Under the pieces are notes generated by a model. It searched no databases, had not been told where the DNA came from, and was given only the letters and a program-made list of their open reading frames with translations. Both the position numbers and the translations under genes were made by a program. From positions 29,530-93,529 of the forward strand of contig CAZHZE010000003.1 of assembly GCA_964537265.1 (NCBI GenBank): a stretch of 64,000 nt of DNA, read 5' to 3'. Source of the DNA: an uncultured Gammaproteobacteria bacterium (GTDB taxonomy: Bacteria > Patescibacteriota > Patescibacteriia > Patescibacteriales > GWC2-42-12). Shown here piece by piece: positions 43,409-51,691 of this stretch (the first letter of the stretch is position 1; each line of letters begins with the position of its first letter).

Positions 43409-46400
43409 CTAAACCGGGATTACCGTTTGCGCCATTAGTCGGATCACTTCCGCCTAATCCGCCCTGGCCAGCATTGGCGCTATAATAAGAATCACCGTTA
43501 TTTCCTGCATATCTTCCCGAACCTTTTATTATTGATAAGCCGGAACTATTTCCTCCTCCTCCGCCTGCTCCTCCGGCATCTCTATCATTATTATAAGCTC
43601 CCCCGCTGCCGCCGTTGTAACCGCCACCTCCACCACCACCACCGGCTCCATCACCAGGGTTGGAAGATCCATTACTTCCAGAAATACTTCCGCTCGCGCC
43701 GGCTATACCTGGCCCCACGCCGCTTCCATTTACTCCGCCTCCTCCGCCAACTCCAGCGGGTGTACGACCAGCAGTACCATCTACATGTAAACTTCCACCG
43801 CCACCTCCTCCGCCGCCGCCGGCTAAAACTAATGGCAGAGAACCATTGTAAACGCTTGAAAACCCTCCTCCGCCACCTCCACCGCCTGAATGACCATGAT
43901 GACCAGCATCACCGCCACTACCGCCACCATTTAACCCCCCTGCACCGCCACTGCCAACATAATAATCATGAGAATTAATCCCACCGGCTCCACCACCACC
44001 AACTTTTATTGTAAGACTTGAACCAGAAGATATATTAAATTGTCCAGAAGCATAAGCTCCACCGCCGCCAGCTCCGCCATTGCCACCGCTATCATAACCA
44101 CCGCCACCACCGCCACCACCCCAAGCTTTTATTTCAAGGCTAACAACATTGCTCGGCACAGTAAAAGTATATGTGCCAGCGGTAGCATATTTACTATCTT
44201 GTTTTGCTGTTGCACAAGCATTGCAAGATGATCCGTTCCAGCTATAATTAGTCGCACATATAAATTTACAAATTCCAGCTGCAACGCTATAAGAACTGAC
44301 ATTGCTCGGTAGCCAGGCTGAACCGTTCCAATTTTGTAAAACCGTGCTAGTTGTGTTCCAATAGGAATAAGATGGTTTGGGCGTACAATTAACGGTTTGT
44401 GTAGTTAATAAACAAATTGAACCGTCCCAAGTATAATTGGTAGGGCATTTAAAAGTACAAGGATTGTTAGCTAAACTATAAGAGCTTATATTGCTGGGTA
44501 GCCAAGCCGATCCGTTCCAAGTTTGAAAAACCGTGCTGCCAACATTCCAAATAGCATTAGACGGTAAAGCTGTGCAGCTAACAGTTTTAGTTGGCCAATT
44601 GCAATCGTTTTTACAATGTTCAATTTGGCCATTAGCGGCTCCGTCATCGCACTGTTCAGGACCATTTTTTATAGTGTCTCCGCAATAACCACCCGCATCA
44701 GACCTGCAGGTAACAGAATTACACCCATACTGTTTAATCGATGAACTGCTAGCCGGATCAGGAGATACATAAGTATTAGGTTCGCAATTTTCTCCTGCTT
44801 CAATAACATCGTTTCCGCAAACCGGCGGAGTTATGCCGGAACAAACAGAATCGCAATAATTTGGCAAGCCGTTATTTGAGGCTGAATCGCAAACTTCTCC
44901 GTATTGGGTTTGCGGATTATCCGCGATGTCTCCGCAATAACCGCCAATAAATTTGCATTCAGAAGTGCAATCATATTGTTTAGTAATGGAGCTTTCAGCC
45001 GGATTTTTAGCTATTCCATCTTTTTTATCGCAATCTTCACCGGCTTCTTTAATATTATTTCCACAATAAGAAACAGTAATACCATTACAATTTTCATTGC
45101 AATGGTTGGCAGTGCCGTTTGAAGAACCGTCGTCATAATGGTGATTGCCGTATATATCAACGCCGCAATCTTCTCCAATTTCTTTTACCCCGTTGCCGCA
45201 TATGCCAGGCAAGATGGCTGTACAAGAACTGTTGCAATGGCCGGGTTGTCCGTTTCTGGTGCCGTCATCGCAAAATTCTCCATTGTCAATTATACTGTTG
45301 CCGCAAATATATTTTATAGAAACCGGGCAAACAATACTTGTTTTTGCCCCGCGGCTGTCGCTAACTTCTAAAGTAACGCTGTAATCACCGACATTGCCGG
45401 CTTGTTTAGAATAAATTTCTTTTTGATCATTAACTTTTGAGTCTTTTAATTTTAATAGTTGAGGCCATCCGGAAGTGTTTTGGCTAATAATTTTCCAGTC
45501 AGAGATTAAATCGGTGGCATCAGAGTCGTAAGCTTTAATATAACCGCTGAAGACTTTACCCGGCGAACCGGTTAAATTTCCGCAAATAATCACCGGCGGA
45601 TTGTTATCTGAATTGCTGCCGATTTTAACGCTGTTGCTGCCATAGCAAGCTCCTTGTTCTAAGGTTGTTATATAGCCTGATTCCATGACCGCGCAAATAT
45701 CATAATCGCTGCCGTTAGACTTAGAAGTATATACATAGGCGTTGCTGCTGTTGGGCAATTCAAAATTACTATCATTAGGGTTGGGATCGGCAAATTTTTT
45801 GCTATTTTCATCCCAACAAGTAGTAGCGTTGTAATTTGTTGCCCCGCATGGCCCGAGTTTATTTATGATATCAACCGGCAGAGCAAAGCCCAAATCTTTG
45901 GCTAAAGTAGACTGCCAGCTTGGCCAAGTAGAAACAGTCTTGCCGGATAGATAGGAACCGGAAGAAAGCTTAGGGTAAGAGCCTTGTTGATTTTTATAGT
46001 TTTCTATAGCTATTTTCATGTCCGCTAAATCGGCTAGACGCTTGGTGTCGCGGACAATGGCTTGTTTTAAATCCTCGCCGGAAACGTTGCTATTAAACTT
46101 CCAGTGGGCTAAAATCTGTCCGAAAATATCCAGTGTTTTAGTATCGGCGTTTTGGTTATATGAAATAATGAAAATATTGGTGTAAAAATTGTTGCCGGAA
46201 ATATTGGCGGCGTTGATATATACCGTTCTGCCGTCGCGCACCGCTTCGTAGCCGTCAACCTGCAAACTTTGGGGCGAACCTTGGTTTTTTACATTAGCCT
46301 GATACCAGCGCAAAGGGCTTAGATGATTGGGGTTAGGAACTACCCTGGTGGCGATGGCGTCGGGGGAAATTTCAGCTAAGCTAAAATTATTAGACAAAAA

Positions 46401-46460
46401 AAATAGATTTATAAATAAAACCGCCGCAATTAAAATTATTTTTTTAAATCTTGTATCCAT
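43374..46460 (-). CDS. large secreted multidomain protein, cassette A (1028 aa)
   Basis: After a signal/TM N-terminus come five regions. First is a pilin-like domain (VRDTKRLADLADMKIAIENYKNQQGSYP...). Next is a beta-sandwich domain. Five or six CGNxxxExGExCD-type cysteine-rich repeats follow. Then come two ~60-aa WNGSAWLPSN repeats. The protein ends in a ~270-aa glycine-rich domain. Confidence 0.75.
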   Translation of the reverse strand: MDTRFKKIILIAAVLFINLFFLSNNFSLAEISPDAIATRVVPNPNHLSPLRWYQANVKNQGSPQSLQVDGYEAVRDGRTVYINAANISGNNFYTNIFIISYNQNADTKTLDIFGQILAHWKFNSNVSGEDLKQAIVRDTKRLADLADMKIAIENYKNQQGSYPKLSSGSYLSGKTVSTWPSWQSTLAKDLGFALPVDIINKLGPCGATNYNATTCWDENSKKFADPNPNDSNFELPNSSNAYVYTSKSNGSDYDICAVMESGYITTLEQGACYGSNSVKIGSNSDNNPPVIICGNLTGSPGKVFSGYIKAYDSDATDLISDWKIISQNTSGWPQLLKLKDSKVNDQKEIYSKQAGNVGDYSVTLEVSDSRGAKTSIVCPVSIKYICGNSIIDNGEFCDDGTRNGQPGHCNSSCTAILPGICGNGVKEIGEDCGVDIYGNHHYDDGSSNGTANHCNENCNGITVSYCGNNIKEAGEDCDKKDGIAKNPAESSITKQYDCTSECKFIGGYCGDIADNPQTQYGEVCDSASNNGLPNYCDSVCSGITPPVCGNDVIEAGENCEPNTYVSPDPASSSSIKQYGCNSVTCRSDAGGYCGDTIKNGPEQCDDGAANGQIEHCKNDCNWPTKTVSCTALPSNAIWNVGSTVFQTWNGSAWLPSNISSYSLANNPCTFKCPTNYTWDGSICLLTTQTVNCTPKPSYSYWNTTSTVLQNWNGSAWLPSNVSSYSVAAGICKFICATNYSWNGSSCNACATAKQDSKYATAGTYTFTVPSNVVSLEIKAWGGGGGGGGYDSGGNGGAGGGGAYASGQFNISSGSSLTIKVGGGGAGGINSHDYYVGSGGAGGLNGGGSGGDAGHHGHSGGGGGGGGFSSVYNGSLPLVLAGGGGGGGGGSLHVDGTAGRTPAGVGGGGGVNGSGVGPGIAGASGSISGSNGSSNPGDGAGGGGGGGGYNGGSGGAYNNDRDAGGAGGGGGNSSGLSIIKGSGRYAGNNGDSYYSANAGQGGLGGSDPTNGANGNPGLVVIIYETINCP
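44728..46374. repeat. copy A of a 1,647-bp near-identical direct repeat (partner 47931..49577)
   Basis: The offset between copies is a constant 3203 nt. The ORF-track proteins are identical over the corresponding ~548 aa, including identical antisense ORFs. I found only two differences, both synonymous: 44757 A versus 47960 G, and 46344 C versus 49547 T. Confidence 0.9.
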
Positions 46461-46461
46461 T

Positions 46462-47250
46462 TTATTTATTGATTAACCCGCCCAACCCTTTAGGGTCATA
46501 GCCGTTTTTTACTTCATCGCCATCTTTATATCCATCACCGTCAGTATCGGGATTTAGGGGGTCGGTTTGATATCTTGATATTTCTTCATAATCGTTTAAG
46601 CCGTCATTATCCGTGTCCGGAGATTTGCCTGATAAAAAATTTATGCAATAAATTTTAAATTGTGCATCATTTATTTTTTCACATTCCTGACTTTCATTTT
46701 TATTTCGCGCTATTTGATAATTAGCTACATTTTGGCACATACTTTTTACCGCATCGCTAGTAAAACCTGAACAATCTTCTGGGCTTTTATAAACTCTAAA
46801 AATATTTACAAAACATTCAATTTTATAATCAAGAATATTCATAATTGAACATTTTTCTATCTCTTCTAAAGCTACTTTAAGTAAAATCGGATTAGCGCAT
46901 TTCATCTGCGTTTCTGCGTCTTCAAAAACTTCATCACCGCAAATAAAATATTTATCAGTTAAAAAAGCCATGGAAGAAACGCAATTATCCTCATCATCTC
47001 TGCCTTCGCATAATTCAATATCATTTTTTGACGCCGCCTCTTTATAAAATTCTAATTGGGCTTTGTTGAATTCTGGATGATTTTTTTTTAATTCTTGAAA
47101 ATTATCAGCTATAATTTTATCAGCCGCAATTTCTATTTTTTCATTATCAACTTTTTGATTATTTTTATAAATAAATAAAAATAATGGTAGAGAAATTAGT
47201 AATAATATTAAAACTGCTATTATAATAATTATTATTTTTTTATTAAGCAT
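46462..47250 (-). CDS. small membrane-anchored Cys-repeat protein with C-terminal TSP3 repeats (cassette B partner)
   Basis: This is a paralog of 42776..43408. The C-terminus reads DTDNDGLNDYEEISRYQTDPLNPDTDGDGYKDGDEVKNGYDPKG. The last ~110 nt are ~85-90% identical to 42797-42905. Confidence 0.65.
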   Translation of the reverse strand: MLNKKIIIIIIAVLILLLISLPLFLFIYKNNQKVDNEKIEIAADKIIADNFQELKKNHPEFNKAQLEFYKEAASKNDIELCEGRDDEDNCVSSMAFLTDKYFICGDEVFEDAETQMKCANPILLKVALEEIEKCSIMNILDYKIECFVNIFRVYKSPEDCSGFTSDAVKSMCQNVANYQIARNKNESQECEKINDAQFKIYCINFLSGKSPDTDNDGLNDYEEISRYQTDPLNPDTDGDGYKDGDEVKNGYDPKGLGGLINK

Positions 47251-47254
47251 ATTA

Positions 47255-49687
47255 TTATTTCCAACACCTATAAGTAGCCATAGTATGGTCTGTCATAATA
47301 ATCCAATTTTTAGGATTAGAATTACTTCTGACTAACTTGCAACTTAAATTGCCGGTGGTGCAAGTACCTATAACTGAACCAGCGGAATTTCTTTGATTAA
47401 ACGGAGCTAAATAAGAAATATCCGAATATCCGGATGGCGTTGCGTAACTTGGGGTAACGGGTTGTGATCCTTTCGGCCTGCCACAACACTGGCAAGCATC
47501 ACCATCGCAAGTTAATAATTCGCAACAAGCATAATCATTCATCGCCGGGCTAGTAGTATTGCAAGCCTCGGAAGTTGCGCCCGTTGATACCGGCGGTAGG
47601 GCGCCACATGTATCCCATGATAAATAATCTGCTCCGCAAGCACTTACTCCGGCCACTGATACAATGCCACAATAAGAAGGCAGGCCTACGGCGACTGAAG
47701 TGCAAGGTTTAGAATTCCCGTCGCATACTTCAGAGCCATTTACTATGCCGTCACCGGCATATCCTCCTGCCAGTTGTCCATCAGCCCCGCAACTATATTG
47801 CTTAGTTACGGAACTATCGGTTGGTTTTACCGGAGATATATAACTTGATTTATCGCAAACTTCTCCACCGTTGATTACGCCGTCTCCAGACCAACCACCC
47901 GCATCAGATCTACAAGCATTAGAGCATTTATACTGTTTAATCGATGAACTGCTAGCCGGGTCAGGAGATACATAAGTATTAGGTTCGCAATTTTCTCCTG
48001 CTTCAATAACATCGTTTCCGCAAACCGGCGGAGTTATGCCGGAACAAACAGAATCGCAATAATTTGGCAAGCCGTTATTTGAGGCTGAATCGCAAACTTC
48101 TCCGTATTGGGTTTGCGGATTATCCGCGATGTCTCCGCAATAACCGCCAATAAATTTGCATTCAGAAGTGCAATCATATTGTTTAGTAATGGAGCTTTCA
48201 GCCGGATTTTTAGCTATTCCATCTTTTTTATCGCAATCTTCACCGGCTTCTTTAATATTATTTCCACAATAAGAAACAGTAATACCATTACAATTTTCAT
48301 TGCAATGGTTGGCAGTGCCGTTTGAAGAACCGTCGTCATAATGGTGATTGCCGTATATATCAACGCCGCAATCTTCTCCAATTTCTTTTACCCCGTTGCC
48401 GCATATGCCAGGCAAGATGGCTGTACAAGAACTGTTGCAATGGCCGGGTTGTCCGTTTCTGGTGCCGTCATCGCAAAATTCTCCATTGTCAATTATACTG
48501 TTGCCGCAAATATATTTTATAGAAACCGGGCAAACAATACTTGTTTTTGCCCCGCGGCTGTCGCTAACTTCTAAAGTAACGCTGTAATCACCGACATTGC
48601 CGGCTTGTTTAGAATAAATTTCTTTTTGATCATTAACTTTTGAGTCTTTTAATTTTAATAGTTGAGGCCATCCGGAAGTGTTTTGGCTAATAATTTTCCA
48701 GTCAGAGATTAAATCGGTGGCATCAGAGTCGTAAGCTTTAATATAACCGCTGAAGACTTTACCCGGCGAACCGGTTAAATTTCCGCAAATAATCACCGGC
48801 GGATTGTTATCTGAATTGCTGCCGATTTTAACGCTGTTGCTGCCATAGCAAGCTCCTTGTTCTAAGGTTGTTATATAGCCTGATTCCATGACCGCGCAAA
48901 TATCATAATCGCTGCCGTTAGACTTAGAAGTATATACATAGGCGTTGCTGCTGTTGGGCAATTCAAAATTACTATCATTAGGGTTGGGATCGGCAAATTT
49001 TTTGCTATTTTCATCCCAACAAGTAGTAGCGTTGTAATTTGTTGCCCCGCATGGCCCGAGTTTATTTATGATATCAACCGGCAGAGCAAAGCCCAAATCT
49101 TTGGCTAAAGTAGACTGCCAGCTTGGCCAAGTAGAAACAGTCTTGCCGGATAGATAGGAACCGGAAGAAAGCTTAGGGTAAGAGCCTTGTTGATTTTTAT
49201 AGTTTTCTATAGCTATTTTCATGTCCGCTAAATCGGCTAGACGCTTGGTGTCGCGGACAATGGCTTGTTTTAAATCCTCGCCGGAAACGTTGCTATTAAA
49301 CTTCCAGTGGGCTAAAATCTGTCCGAAAATATCCAGTGTTTTAGTATCGGCGTTTTGGTTATATGAAATAATGAAAATATTGGTGTAAAAATTGTTGCCG
49401 GAAATATTGGCGGCGTTGATATATACCGTTCTGCCGTCGCGCACCGCTTCGTAGCCGTCAACCTGCAAACTTTGGGGCGAACCTTGGTTTTTTACATTAG
49501 CCTGATACCAGCGCAAAGGGCTTAGATGATTGGGGTTAGGAACTACTCTGGTGGCGATGGCGTCGGGGGAAATTTCATTATCAGCTAAAATTAATTTAGG
49601 CAATAAAAAAATCACCAAAAAAAACAATAAAAAAACAACCGATAATTTGGCGATTATTGATAATTTCTTGATAAATAAATTTTGCAT
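47255..49687 (-). CDS. large secreted multidomain protein, cassette B (810 aa)
   Basis: Residues ~39-586 are identical to residues ~31-578 of 43374..46460. The signal peptide differs. The C-terminal ~225 aa form a different, extremely Cys-dense domain ending in YRCWK. Confidence 0.75.
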   Translation of the reverse strand: MQNLFIKKLSIIAKLSVVFLLFFLVIFLLPKLILADNEISPDAIATRVVPNPNHLSPLRWYQANVKNQGSPQSLQVDGYEAVRDGRTVYINAANISGNNFYTNIFIISYNQNADTKTLDIFGQILAHWKFNSNVSGEDLKQAIVRDTKRLADLADMKIAIENYKNQQGSYPKLSSGSYLSGKTVSTWPSWQSTLAKDLGFALPVDIINKLGPCGATNYNATTCWDENSKKFADPNPNDSNFELPNSSNAYVYTSKSNGSDYDICAVMESGYITTLEQGACYGSNSVKIGSNSDNNPPVIICGNLTGSPGKVFSGYIKAYDSDATDLISDWKIISQNTSGWPQLLKLKDSKVNDQKEIYSKQAGNVGDYSVTLEVSDSRGAKTSIVCPVSIKYICGNSIIDNGEFCDDGTRNGQPGHCNSSCTAILPGICGNGVKEIGEDCGVDIYGNHHYDDGSSNGTANHCNENCNGITVSYCGNNIKEAGEDCDKKDGIAKNPAESSITKQYDCTSECKFIGGYCGDIADNPQTQYGEVCDSASNNGLPNYCDSVCSGITPPVCGNDVIEAGENCEPNTYVSPDPASSSSIKQYKCSNACRSDAGGWSGDGVINGGEVCDKSSYISPVKPTDSSVTKQYSCGADGQLAGGYAGDGIVNGSEVCDGNSKPCTSVAVGLPSYCGIVSVAGVSACGADYLSWDTCGALPPVSTGATSEACNTTSPAMNDYACCELLTCDGDACQCCGRPKGSQPVTPSYATPSGYSDISYLAPFNQRNSAGSVIGTCTTGNLSCKLVRSNSNPKNWIIMTDHTMATYRCWK
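47931..49577. repeat. copy B of the 1,647-bp near-identical direct repeat
   Basis: See 44728..46374. Confidence 0.9.
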
Positions 49688-49764
49688 AAAAAAAAGACTA
49701 TTTAATGCATTTTTATTATAGCATAAATAGCCTAAGAAGTAAAAATATTAATTTCCTTAAAAAA

Positions 49765-50616
49765 TTATTTCTGGCATTTTTCACACCAATGGGTTCCGCG
49801 CCCGCCTAATTTCATTTTTTTTATAACCTGGCGGCATTTTTTGCATCTCTCGCCTGCTCGGCCGTAAACTTTTAAATATTTTATAAAATTACCTGTTTCG
49901 CCTTGCGCGTCGACATAATCGTTAAAAGACGTGCCGCGGTTCTTAATCGCATGTTTTAAAATTTTAGGTATGACTTGATAAAGTTTTTTTATTTCCTCTG
50001 GCTTTAAAGTTTTAATTTTTCTAAATGGCTTAATGCCGGCGGCGAATAAAGATTCATCGGCATAAATATTGCCAATGCCGGAAATATATTTTTGATCCAT
50101 TAAAAATTGTTTAATAGTTATATTTTTCCTGGCTAAAGATTTTTTAAAATAATCTAAAGAAAAATCTCTGCTTAAAGGTTCGACGCCAAATTTTTTTTCT
50201 AAATTAGAGAAATCTTTTAAGTCTAGAAGCTTAAGCCAACCGAATTTTCTTACATCATTAAAATATAGAAAACTTTTATCATTAAATTTAAAAATTACTC
50301 TAGTAAATTTATTAGGTAATTTTTGCCCGCTATTTATAATCGGATGCCCGCCGGCGATTATTCTAGATTTAGATTGATAAACTAGCTGGCCGGTCATTTT
50401 TAAATGAATAATCAAAAATTTTTTTTCTAAATTAAAAACGAGCATCTTCGCTCGTCTTTTTACCAACTTTATTTTTGCGCCTAAAATATTTTTTAATTCT
50501 TTTTCTTTTATTTGAAAAAATTTTTTATCCAGTATTTCAACACCGATAATTTTTTTATTTTTTAATTTTTTATCTAAATCGCGGACGATTGTTTCTACTT
50601 CCGGCAGTTCTGGCAT
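49765..50616 (-). CDS. mutM: formamidopyrimidine-DNA glycosylase
   Basis: The N-terminal catalytic segment (MPELPEVE), the H2TH region and the C-terminal zinc finger (CKKCRQ...HWCEKCQ) are present. Confidence 0.92.
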   Translation of the reverse strand: MPELPEVETIVRDLDKKLKNKKIIGVEILDKKFFQIKEKELKNILGAKIKLVKRRAKMLVFNLEKKFLIIHLKMTGQLVYQSKSRIIAGGHPIINSGQKLPNKFTRVIFKFNDKSFLYFNDVRKFGWLKLLDLKDFSNLEKKFGVEPLSRDFSLDYFKKSLARKNITIKQFLMDQKYISGIGNIYADESLFAAGIKPFRKIKTLKPEEIKKLYQVIPKILKHAIKNRGTSFNDYVDAQGETGNFIKYLKVYGRAGERCKKCRQVIKKMKLGGRGTHWCEKCQK

Positions 50617-50692
50617 AAAATTTTTAAATTCTAAATCCTAAATTCGAAATTCTAAATAAATTAAAAATTTAAAATTTTTAGATTAAAATATA
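50617..50692. repeat. family B heptamer array forming the left arm around the four-helix-bundle gene
   Basis: The sequence ttctaaat/cctaaat/tcgaaat/tctaaat shows 7-nt periodicity. Positions 50630-50645 are complementary to 51072-51087 at 15 of 16 positions. Confidence 0.55.
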
Positions 50693-51058
50693 TTATTTAC
50701 ACTTTTCTAATATAGCGCCAAATATTTTCATTAATTCGGTTGATTCAGTAATTAATTTTTCCCTTTCGTTGTCTAATTCTAAAATATTATTTATATAAAC
50801 TAATTTTAACCAATAACATGTTTCCTTAGCTTCTTTGCGGCAAATTTTTACTCTCATAACGAAATCTTTTTTGCTTAATGATTCGTTAGCTTCAATATAA
50901 TTGGCTCCGATTGAACCGGAAGATCTAATAACCTGTTTACCATCTTCTATATTAGAAATTGTTCTTGGCAATTTTTTAATAAACGATCTAACTCTCTTTG
51001 CTAATTCTAACGTTCTATTTTCTAAATTATATTGTTTTGAGCTTTGAATCTCTGACAT
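50693..51058 (-). CDS. four-helix-bundle protein (23S rRNA intervening-sequence protein family)
   Basis: This 121-aa protein has segments typical of this family (RSSGSIGANYIEANESLSKKDF...KICRKEAKETCYWLKL). Confidence 0.8.
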   Translation of the reverse strand: MSEIQSSKQYNLENRTLELAKRVRSFIKKLPRTISNIEDGKQVIRSSGSIGANYIEANESLSKKDFVMRVKICRKEAKETCYWLKLVYINNILELDNEREKLITESTELMKIFGAILEKCK

Positions 51059-51096
51059 TTGGATTTGTCTAGAATTTAGTATTTAGATATTAGAGT
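51059..51096. repeat. family B heptamer array forming the right arm around the four-helix-bundle gene
   Basis: The reverse complement reads actctaatatctaaatactaaattctagacaaatcc. This matches the left-arm vocabulary of 5161..5303 and pairs with 50630-50645. Confidence 0.55.
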
Positions 51097-51669
51097 TTAT
51101 TTTATTATTATTTCTCCAAAATGATTATCCATATCAATGCCAGCGGCGTTGGCTTCATCAGTATCAATATGCATAGCTAATTTAAAAGATGGATCAACTC
51201 TAACTAAAACATTTTCAAATAATAAATCGCGCGGCCCAATCGTATCAACTTTAACTTTATCGCCATTTTTTAAGCCAATATTAGCTGCTGTTTTCGGGTC
51301 CATATGAATATGCCTTAAAGCTAAAATAACGCCTTCTTTTAAATCAACCTCGCCTTTTGGACCAATAATTTTAACTCCCGGCGTATCTTCTAGATTCCCA
51401 GAATCTCTCACCGGCGGATTAAGACCTAAAACGCGAGCTTCGGTTTCCGAAATTTCTACTTGTGTTTTAGAACGAACCGGACCTAAAATTCTAACTTTAT
51501 CTATTTCTCCTCGCGAACCGACTAATTTAACTATTTCGTTAGCCGCAAATTGGCCTGTTTGCGATAAATCATGAAATTTTGTTAATTCAAAACCTGGCCC
51601 GAATAATATTTCTAAATCAGGTTTTGATAAATGCACATGACGAGCTGAAATTTCAATTGGTACTTGCAT
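51097..51669 (-). CDS. pduL: phosphate propanoyl/acetyl-transferase PduL
   Basis: The two PduL half-domains carry the His motifs ISARHVHLS and ALRHIHMD. Length is 190 aa. Confidence 0.85.
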   Translation of the reverse strand: MQVPIEISARHVHLSKPDLEILFGPGFELTKFHDLSQTGQFAANEIVKLVGSRGEIDKVRILGPVRSKTQVEISETEARVLGLNPPVRDSGNLEDTPGVKIIGPKGEVDLKEGVILALRHIHMDPKTAANIGLKNGDKVKVDTIGPRDLLFENVLVRVDPSFKLAMHIDTDEANAAGIDMDNHFGEIIIK

Positions 51670-51691
51670 AATTATATTTATACCTTAAATT

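Noticed and set aside
43532-45384. Plus-strand ORFs from the track lie inside the large minus-strand genes. Examples are 43532..43978 (His/Arg-rich), 43660..43851 (Pro-rich), and 44904..45122 with 45119..45384 and their duplicates at 48107..48587. Similar nested antisense ORFs occur elsewhere, such as 151..354, 790..1086, 5488..5925, 19758..20417 and 38256..38681.
   Set aside because: All are fully nested antisense to much longer ORFs with recognisable domains. Their compositions are the mirror image of Gly-rich or Lys-rich coding strands. The duplicated ones are identical only because they lie in the 1,647-bp repeat. They have no independent start signals.
47255-47420. Possible diversity-generating retroelement target (variable region) at the C-terminus of the 810-aa protein (…VRSNSNPKNW…YRCWK).
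   Set aside because: The window contains no reverse transcriptase gene. I could not find a template-repeat copy of this ~150-nt segment. The four-helix-bundle gene at 50693 is Avd-like only at the family level. I kept a low-weight note under the cassette B tip finding.
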